This document shows positions 15,200 to 21,552 of a stretch of 24,000 bases of DNA, in pieces. A program made the position numbers and the translations under genes. Source of the stretch: Methanomicrobiaceae archaeon (GTDB lineage: Archaea; Halobacteriota; Methanomicrobia; Methanomicrobiales; Methanomicrobiaceae); the NCBI GenBank assembly GCA_016937345.1, contig JAFGWE010000009.1, positions 57,697-81,696 on the forward strand, given 5' to 3'. Every line of letters starts with the position of its first letter. Position 1 is the stretch's first letter. The notes beneath the pieces are model-generated. The model saw nothing but the letters and a program-made list of their open reading frames with translations, searched no databases and was not told the origin of the DNA.

Positions 15200-15693
15200 T
15201 CTCCCGTATCTTTTTGTAATAAACTATCTAATTCCTTTGGGTATAAACTCAAAAGCCTATAGCCGCCGGAAGATCTTTCAAGCTCTATTCCCTCACAAAA
15301 ATCATCAACAGAAATACCTGCTGATTCCTCCCGTAATTTCATTATATCCGGCCAGGACATAAGAAAAGCCCTGTTACAACTGCCCTTCCCGCCGCGGAAC
15401 TCAACCGCCAGAAATCCTCTCCGGCCAGTTTTCTTAATGAAATCCCATATTGCATCAATCTGATGGACATTGTACTTATCCTCATGAAAATGCTGCGAGA
15501 AATAAATTTTTTTACCTTTAATCGACTTGCACTCTATTGTAAGATAGTAACGCGGGTCGAGTGAATCGACCAGAACATCAACATATTGCGTATTATATTT
15601 AGACTGTTTTAGCCTGTATGCATATCCTTTCAGATTTTGATCTGCAAAAAAATTATTCAGACAATGCACTATATCTCTTTCAAAATCACTCAT
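15196..15693 (-). CDS. Hjc-like PD-(D/E)xK nuclease (archaeal Holliday junction resolvase family)
   Basis: 165 aa. The order of motifs is FERDIV...(E), YVDVLV (D), LTIECKS (ExK), KIYF, then GFLAVEF. This parallels Hjc (AEREL...VDLVA...IEVK...LAVKF). The stop overlaps the marker-9 start in an ATGA (15196-15199). Confidence 0.5.
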   Translation of the reverse strand: MSDFERDIVHCLNNFFADQNLKGYAYRLKQSKYNTQYVDVLVDSLDPRYYLTIECKSIKGKKIYFSQHFHEDKYNVHQIDAIWDFIKKTGRRGFLAVEFRGGKGSCNRAFLMSWPDIMKLREESAGISVDDFCEGIELERSSGGYRLLSLYPKELDSLLQKDTGE

Positions 15694-15773
15694 CAGTTCA
15701 TTTAGATATTGAATTTAATATCCAAAAAAGAATCGGTAATTATTTTATTGATAATTGTTGTACATTGTATGAT
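15694..15773. promoter_or_regulatory. 80-nt divergent promoter region between the Hjc-like/marker-9 operon and the cfb cluster
   Basis: Very AT-rich. TATA-like elements sit about 25-30 nt from each start: minus-strand ATATTAAAT around 15712-15722 and plus-strand TATTTTATTG at 15741-15750. There are two short inverted repeats, GATATT-N6-AATATC (15705-15722) and AATTAT-N7-ATAATT (15738-15756). Confidence 0.45.
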
Positions 15774-16178
15774 ATGTCAAAGACTGGATTCTTACTTGTC
15801 GGCCACGGCAGCACAAAACCATACAACAAACAGCTGATTGAAAACACAGCAAAACTAATTTCAGACAAGGAAAGCGGTTATATTGTAAGATGCGGGTTTA
15901 TGGAAAACAGTACTCCCTCAATTCCAGAAATTCTTGAAGAATTTAGAAATGAAGAGATTGAGAGTATGGTTGTCGTACCTCTGTTTTTGGCTCGTGGAGT
16001 GCACATTGACGAAGATATTCCGGGCATTTTAGGACTGGAAGAAGGAAGCCACAGAGGTACATTTAAAACTTCAAAAGGCGAGGTTCCACTCGTATATGCA
16101 CATCCTATCGGAGAAAACCCAATGCTTGCAGATCTCATGATTTCAAGTGCAAAGCAGGCAACAGAAAAATATCTTTAA
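15774..16178 (+). CDS. cfbA: Sirohydrochlorin nickelochelatase / small CbiX-type chelatase (CfbA)
   Basis: 134 aa from the internal ATG at 15774 (MSKTGFLLVGHGSTKPYNK...VVPLFLARGVHIDEDIP...). This is the typical short CbiX(S). The longer track ORF (15618) would overlap the divergent gene and adds non-homologous sequence. The context is other cfb genes. Confidence 0.75.
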   Translation: MSKTGFLLVGHGSTKPYNKQLIENTAKLISDKESGYIVRCGFMENSTPSIPEILEEFRNEEIESMVVVPLFLARGVHIDEDIPGILGLEEGSHRGTFKTSKGEVPLVYAHPIGENPMLADLMISSAKQATEKYL

Positions 16179-16185
16179 CTTTTTT

Positions 16186-17391
16186 ATGTACATTCTGGTG
16201 CTTGACACCATTCACGGTGGCAGGGAAATTGCCTGCCATCTTGAAAAAAAAGGCCATAAATGTGATATTGTAGATATATACAGGCATGAAACCGGAATTT
16301 CGGAAGCAGATGCCTTAAAAAACAGATATGATCTGATTGTGGCACCTGTGCACTTAAATCCAAAGCATGCTCTTCTTAATTACTCAGGTGCGCCTGTGAT
16401 TTCGCATCACAATGCTGCCGCAATGATATTGCAGGACAAAAAACCGGCGCAGTCAATTGAGATTACAGGTGCACGCGGAAAAACAACGACAGCCTTTGCA
16501 CTTGCACATATCCTGAAAGGAAAAGGTGTTTTGCACACATCAAAAGGAACATATAAAATTCCCGAAGATGAGATTCTCTTTAAAATGAGCATTACACCGG
16601 CATCAGTAATCAGACCGGCATTATATGCTTACAAAGATAAAAGATGGCTCATAGCAGAAGAGTCTCTTGGCGTCTGCGGATTCTCCAGCCTATGTATTCT
16701 TACATCAGATGAAGACTACCCCATTGCAGGCAAAAATAAAACAGCACTTTCTGAAAAGATTAGATCATTTAATGGAGCAGACAAAATTCTTCTTTCTTAT
16801 GGAGTAAATACAAAAATAAAAGATGCATTGCATGCTTCAGATTATGTTTATGTAAACGAGGACTTCTGCTCTTATTCATACAGGGATTTCAAAGGGAGTT
16901 TTAAAAACCCGCTTTTATTAATAGACGGTTATAAGGAAGCATTAGCAACCGCTGCTGCCGCAGGGTGCATTCTGGGAGCAGACCCAAAAAATCTTGAATC
17001 TTTCACGCCAGTAAAAGGAAGAATGTCTGTTTTGAGATTAAAAGACAGATATATTATTGATAATTCCAACAGTGGTGTCAGCAAAAAAACGGCATTAATG
17101 GCCGCATCGTATGCAGGTAAACTTGCAGTCAAAGCCGAGATTACACTTGTTATAGGAATTGAAGCTGAGAATATCTGTGAAGGATTTAGTCCTGAGGAGG
17201 TCAGGGATGCAATAAGAGAGATAAGACCAACCCGTGCAGTAATTGTCGGAGATTCACTTAAGGGCATAAAAAAAGAGGATATAGGAAATATACCTGTATA
17301 CTATGAAAAAAACCTTGAATCAGGAGAAAAGAAAGCTTTTGATATTGCAGATAAAGGCTGCATAGTTCTTTGTGTTAAAACATGGAGGTAA
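16186..17391 (+). CDS. cfbE: Coenzyme F430 synthetase (Mur-ligase-like, CfbE)
   Basis: About 401 aa from the ATG at 16186 (MYILVLDTIHGG...). It has a Mur-ligase P-loop, ITGARGKTTTA. Its position between cfbA and cfbD fits the call. Confidence 0.7.
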   Translation: MYILVLDTIHGGREIACHLEKKGHKCDIVDIYRHETGISEADALKNRYDLIVAPVHLNPKHALLNYSGAPVISHHNAAAMILQDKKPAQSIEITGARGKTTTAFALAHILKGKGVLHTSKGTYKIPEDEILFKMSITPASVIRPALYAYKDKRWLIAEESLGVCGFSSLCILTSDEDYPIAGKNKTALSEKIRSFNGADKILLSYGVNTKIKDALHASDYVYVNEDFCSYSYRDFKGSFKNPLLLIDGYKEALATAAAAGCILGADPKNLESFTPVKGRMSVLRLKDRYIIDNSNSGVSKKTALMAASYAGKLAVKAEITLVIGIEAENICEGFSPEEVRDAIREIRPTRAVIVGDSLKGIKKEDIGNIPVYYEKNLESGEKKAFDIADKGCIVLCVKTWR

Positions 17392-17397
17392 TAAGAT

Positions 17398-18462
17398 ATG
17401 GAATACATTCAGCCCAGGCCAAGTTCGATTGTTGCAGGTCTTTATACTGTAAGAGACTTAGGCGTTGAGGTTGCAATTCTGCACGGACCGTCAGGATGCT
17501 CATTTAAACATGCAAGGCTTCTGGAAGAGGACGGGCTTCGGGTTCTTACAACATCGCTTGCAGACAATGAATTTATCTTCGGCGGGCAGGAGATACTCGA
17601 AAAAGTTCTGAAATATGCTGAAGAAGAGTTCAAACCGAAGAGAATGGCTGTTGTCGGAACATGTGTTTCGATGATAATCGGCGAGGATATGGAAGCTGCA
17701 ATAGAGGACTCAGGAATAAAAACACCGACAATTGCAGTTGATATCCATGCGGGTTTTAAGGAAAATATTGACGGTGTTATAGCAGCACTTGTTCCTGCGG
17801 CACGGGCCGGCTGGATCAGTGAAACAGAGCTTGACAGGCAAAAAGAGCTTTTATATGCGGCAAATCAGGTCGAAAGGTTAAGAGGTGCCGCATATAAACC
17901 GTATGTACAGCCAAGCAGAGGCGATCTAAAGCATCTGGTTGCAGAAAGGCTTATTGAATGTGTAAACTCAGGAAAAAAAGGCATTGCAATAATGAATGCA
18001 AAGAAAGAGACAGCTTATATGTTTGCAGACGCCTTAATTGCCCTTAAGCAGACATGTCCCGATGCCGATATAAAATATATTGCCAACCTTGAGGAAAGAG
18101 GACTTCCAAAAGTCAGAAATGATGCCAAAAATATCAGTGACGGGCTAAAGGAGGCAGGAGTGGAGGCTGAATATATAGGAGCACTTGATGAATACGGTGC
18201 AAACGGAGAAAAACTGGGAATTAAAATATCCGGGTATAAACCCGACTTTGCATTAATTGCAGGTGTTCCTCATGCGATACCGCCGGAGTACCTTGAGGAA
18301 ATTGAGGTGTTTTCTATTACAAACGGACCCAGACAGGTTGAGCCTCTTCATGAATTTGGACACGACCATGTGGTTGTTGAGGTTGACCTTCACCCGAAGA
18401 CTCTTGGTGTCAGCAGCATAATTGCAAGCGAATTTGGGGATGTTCTCCGGAGTTTCAGATGA
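17398..18462 (+). CDS. cfbD: Ni-sirohydrochlorin a,c-diamide reductive cyclase, NifD/BchN-like component (CfbD; methanogenesis marker 13)
   Basis: 354 aa. The N-terminus QPRPSSIVAGLYTVRDLGVEVAILHGPSGCSFKHARL and the motif VVGTCVSMIIGEDM fit the nitrogenase component-1-like family and marker 13. ATGA overlap with cfbB. Confidence 0.75.
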   Translation: MEYIQPRPSSIVAGLYTVRDLGVEVAILHGPSGCSFKHARLLEEDGLRVLTTSLADNEFIFGGQEILEKVLKYAEEEFKPKRMAVVGTCVSMIIGEDMEAAIEDSGIKTPTIAVDIHAGFKENIDGVIAALVPAARAGWISETELDRQKELLYAANQVERLRGAAYKPYVQPSRGDLKHLVAERLIECVNSGKKGIAIMNAKKETAYMFADALIALKQTCPDADIKYIANLEERGLPKVRNDAKNISDGLKEAGVEAEYIGALDEYGANGEKLGIKISGYKPDFALIAGVPHAIPPEYLEEIEVFSITNGPRQVEPLHEFGHDHVVVEVDLHPKTLGVSSIIASEFGDVLRSFR

Positions 18463-19835
18463 AAAGCCTCCTTATTACAGGTGATCGCTCAGGAAGCGGC
18501 AAGACGAGCATAACTCTTGGGATCTCCGCATATCTTTCAGAGGATTACACAGTACAGCCTTTTAAGGTTGCAATGGATTACATTGATCCTTCATACCTTA
18601 CAGGTGTCACAGGGAGGATGTGCAGAAACCTGGACAGTTTTGTGATGACTCCGCAGCAGATACAGGACTCTTACAATAATGCCTGCATTGGTGCCGACAT
18701 CGCAATAATTGAAGGAGTCAGGGGCCTTTATGAGGGCTCAGAGGCCCTTTCTGATACAGGGTCTACCGCAAGTGTTGCCAAGATGCTTGATCAGAATGTG
18801 GTCCTTGTCGTAAATGCCCAGAGTATCACACGAAGTGCTGCTGCAATTGTCAAAGGTTTCTGTGCATTTGACCCGGAAGTTAAAATCAAAGGGATAATTC
18901 TTAACCAGATAATAAGCGAGAATCACAAATACAAGGCTAAAACTGCAATAGAACATACAACAGGAATACCTGTTATCGGCGCAATCCCCAGAAGCGAGGA
19001 GATGAAGCTTACAATGCGCCACCTCGGTCTTGTCCCCTATCTTGAAGGAAAAAACGATGATGAATTTTTAAACCGCGTCAAAAAAGTAACAGAGATTATC
19101 GAAAAAAACATCAATACAGATGCCCTTCTTGACATCTGCAAGGATTCAGCCCCGTCTGCAAAGAAACCGGATTTTTTCAGACCTTTGGATAATACTGATG
19201 TAAAAATAGGAATAGCGGTTGATGAGGCATTCAATTTTTACTATAATGATATTTTTGAGATACTCCCCGCCATGGGTGCTGAGGTTGTAAGATTCAGCCC
19301 GGTTCATGATAAACTACCCGAAGCTGACGGATACATACTCGGCGGGGGATACCCGGAGATGTTTGCAGAGGAGCTTGAGGCAAACAGCAGCATGCGTGAA
19401 GCAATCCTTGAAATTTCCAGAAATAATGTCCCTGTTTATGCCGAGTGCGGCGGACTTATCTATCTTACTGATAAATTAACGCTAAAAACAGGATGGAACA
19501 ATCTCAAATCAGATCTACAGTATGATATGGCCGGTGTTTTTGATGGCGAGACCAGAATGCCCACGCGAAGGGTAATAGGGTATGTGAAAGGAACTTCAGA
19601 TGCAAAATGCCCTCTTGGTGCATCTGATTTCAGCGGACATGAATTTCATCATACCGACGTGATTCTTCCAAAAGATACTCATTTTTCATATAAACTCTCC
19701 CGGGGAAAAGGAATAAGAGATAATTATGACGGCGCTTTGAAGAACAGAACTCTTGCATCCTATACCCATCTGCACCCTGTTGCATCAAAGGATATGATAA
19801 AAAACTTTGTTTCAGAGTGCAGAAATAAAATTTAA
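18459..19835 (+). CDS. cfbB: Ni-sirohydrochlorin a,c-diamide synthase (CbiA/CobB-like amidotransferase, CfbB)
   Basis: 458 aa. It has an N-terminal P-loop, ITGDRSGSGKTSITLG, and a C-terminal glutamine amidotransferase domain with the nucleophile motif YAECGGLIYL and HEFHH. Confidence 0.8.
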   Translation: MKSLLITGDRSGSGKTSITLGISAYLSEDYTVQPFKVAMDYIDPSYLTGVTGRMCRNLDSFVMTPQQIQDSYNNACIGADIAIIEGVRGLYEGSEALSDTGSTASVAKMLDQNVVLVVNAQSITRSAAAIVKGFCAFDPEVKIKGIILNQIISENHKYKAKTAIEHTTGIPVIGAIPRSEEMKLTMRHLGLVPYLEGKNDDEFLNRVKKVTEIIEKNINTDALLDICKDSAPSAKKPDFFRPLDNTDVKIGIAVDEAFNFYYNDIFEILPAMGAEVVRFSPVHDKLPEADGYILGGGYPEMFAEELEANSSMREAILEISRNNVPVYAECGGLIYLTDKLTLKTGWNNLKSDLQYDMAGVFDGETRMPTRRVIGYVKGTSDAKCPLGASDFSGHEFHHTDVILPKDTHFSYKLSRGKGIRDNYDGALKNRTLASYTHLHPVASKDMIKNFVSECRNKI

Positions 19836-19838
19836 GGG

Positions 19839-19845
19839 TTTTTTT
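19839..19845 (+). terminator. T7 tract 3 nt after the cfbB stop
   Basis: The sequence is TAA-GGG-TTTTTTT. A 124-nt gap follows before ilvE. Confidence 0.45.
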
Positions 19846-19959
19846 CATGATTTCTTTAGACACCCCTGATATATTGTATCATCTTTTCTAATTTTTCAAT
19901 CGAATTTCTGATATGAATAAAACAAAATTTAGTTATCTTATCGGGCTGACATAAATTCT

Positions 19960-20829
19960 ATGATCATATATCTGGACGGTAAATACCTGCCAAAGGAGGA
20001 GGCAAAGGTATCTGTTTTTGATCACGGTCTTTTATACGGAGACGGTGTTTTCGAAGGAATCAGAGCATACAATGGAAGAGTATTCAGGTTAAAGGAGCAC
20101 CTTGACAGGCTGTATGACTCTGCAAAGACAATTGACCTTAACATAGGGATGTCAAAGTCTGAGATGGAAGAGGTTGTACTTGAGACCTTAAGGCAAAACG
20201 AGTTAAAGGATGCCTATATCAGACTTGTTGTAACACGCGGTGTCGGAGACCTCGGTCTTGATCCCAGAAAGTGTACAAAACCAACGATTTTTGTTATTGC
20301 AACAGGTTGGGGTGCTATGTACGGCGACCTCTATGAGAAAGGACTTCGCGCAATAACAGTATCAGTCAGAAGAAATCCTGCTGATGCACTTCCGCCAAAC
20401 GTTAAAAGTTTAAATTACTTAAACAACATCCTTGCAAAGATTGAGGCAAACTACAAAGGTGGAGATGAAGCCATCTTTTTTGATACAAATGGATATCTTG
20501 CAGAAGGATCAGGAGACAATATTTTTATTGTTAAAAACGGCATGATTCTAACGCCGCATACATTAAACAACTTAAGAGGCATCACAAGACTTGTTCTTTT
20601 AGAGATTGCAAAAGAGCTGGGTATTACTGTAAAAGAGCAGAATCTCGGATATTTTGATTTATATTCTGCTGATGAGGTTTTAGTCAGCGGCTCGGCAGCT
20701 GAGATTGCCCCTGTAACATTAATTGACGGAAGAAAAATAGGAACAGGAAAACCGGGTCCTTTTGCCTCACAGCTTATTGCAGCATTTAAGTCAAAGACTG
20801 AAAACGAAGGAACAGAGATTTATAAATAA
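19960..20829 (+). CDS. ilvE: Branched-chain amino acid aminotransferase (fold type IV PLP enzyme)
   Basis: 289 aa. [33 protein letters not shown] and [13 protein letters not shown] are classic IlvE motifs. Confidence 0.85.
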   Translation: MIIYLDGKYLPKEEAKVSVFDHGLLYGDGVFEGIRAYNGRVFRLKEHLDRLYDSAKTIDLNIGMSKSEMEEVVLETLRQNELKDAYIRLVVTRGVGDLGLDPRKCTKPTIFVIATGWGAMYGDLYEKGLRAITVSVRRNPADALPPNVKSLNYLNNILAKIEANYKGGDEAIFFDTNGYLAEGSGDNIFIVKNGMILTPHTLNNLRGITRLVLLEIAKELGITVKEQNLGYFDLYSADEVLVSGSAAEIAPVTLIDGRKIGTGKPGPFASQLIAAFKSKTENEGTEIYK

Positions 20830-20835
20830 TATCTC

Positions 20836-20852
20836 TTTTTTACTGCTTTTTT
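20836..20852 (+). terminator. Two T6 tracts after the ilvE stop
   Basis: T6 at 20836-20841 and T6 at 20847-20852. Confidence 0.4.
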
Positions 20853-20991
20853 CACCCCGGATTCTGATTCAGACACATCTTCTGAGATTTTTTAGAGATT
20901 TTCAGATGAAACATCCTTTATTCAAAATCAAAACGTATTTAACCTTAAATTGCGAATATAGTAGAGCAATCATTCAGGCAATGATTCACCT

Positions 20992-21064
20992 GCTGATATA
21001 GTGTAGGGGCCAATCATGCCGGCCTTTCACGCCGGCGACTGGGGTTCAAATCCCCATATCAGCA
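20992..21064 (+). tRNA. tRNA-Glu (anticodon UUC)
   Basis: A 73-nt cloverleaf. The acceptor stem is GCTGATA/TATCAGC with discriminator A. The D arm GTGTAGGGGCCAATCAT resembles the archaeal tRNA-Glu consensus. The anticodon stem is CCGGC/GCCGG with loop CTTTCAC (anticodon TTC). The T arm is TGGGG-TTCAAAT-CCCCA. No CCA is encoded. Confidence 0.9.
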
Positions 21065-21067
21065 TAA

Positions 21068-21081
21068 TTTTTTACTTTTTT
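21068..21081 (+). terminator. T6-AC-T6 directly after the tRNA 3' end
   Basis: The tracts TTTTTT (21068-21073) and TTTTTT (21076-21081) lie 4 nt after the discriminator base. Confidence 0.5.
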
Positions 21082-21552
21082 AATAAATTTTTAACCAGAT
21101 ATTCATAAAAATAATTTCCCGTAGACCCTAATAACTGGAAAAAAGTCTTTTTACGGCCTTAACTCTTTTTTTGAAGAAGAAATATTCTAAATACTATGCA
21201 GGAAACAGATTTATTATCTGTTCCATAACAAGAATGACTCTTAGCATCATAACAGGCATTTTTTCAGTATATCAAATTAAAAAAGAATTTTTTCAGGGAA
21301 AATCTTGCCAGTAAAAACTGCTTAAAAAACATTTTTTCCATAAAAACATTATAAATATTGGAATTTCCTATTTACATATTATGAACACATTTCTCCTTTT
21401 GATTCTTAAAAACGACAATTCCAAAGCAGCAGAAATCCTAAAAAAAGAAATTATGGCATCAGAATCAACTCTATAAAACATGGGAACTGACTGGAACTCA
21501 AATTAATCCGAAAAAAATAGAAGAAATTAAAAATTATTCAGGATACAAAAAA

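Noticed and set aside
15618-15773. A 52-codon N-terminal extension of the cfbA ORF in the track.
   Set aside because: It would overlap the divergent Hjc-like gene start and the promoter region. Homology to small CbiX proteins begins at M (15774), giving the expected length of about 134 aa.
15767-15794. GTATGA hexamer just upstream of cfbA, resembling an E. coli NikR operator half-site. This would be attractive for a nickel-cofactor operon.
   Set aside because: The partner half-site TCATAC is absent at the expected 16-nt spacing (the sequence there is TTCTTA). A single 6-mer is not evidence.
19846-19930. Possible C/D-box sRNA in the cfbB-ilvE spacer: ATGATTT, then 12 nt, then CTGA, with a second CTGA 38 nt later.
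   Set aside because: The C box has two mismatches to RUGAUGA. No C' box is found 12 nt upstream of the second CTGA. No terminal stem is evident.
20762-21001. A 79-aa track ORF spanning the ilvE 3' end, the terminator T-tracts and the first bases of the tRNA.
   Set aside because: It overlaps the ilvE coding sequence, runs across oligo-T terminators into the tRNA gene, and its translation has no motifs. It is spurious.
21381-21476. A 31-codon ORF (MNTFLLLILKNDNSKAAEILKKEIMASESTL) and neighbouring mini-ORFs, as possible leader peptides or a small protein.
   Set aside because: It has no Shine-Dalgarno sequence, no recognisable motif, and sits in an AT-rich context where such ORFs arise by chance. 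It is mentioned within the spacer finding but not called as a gene.
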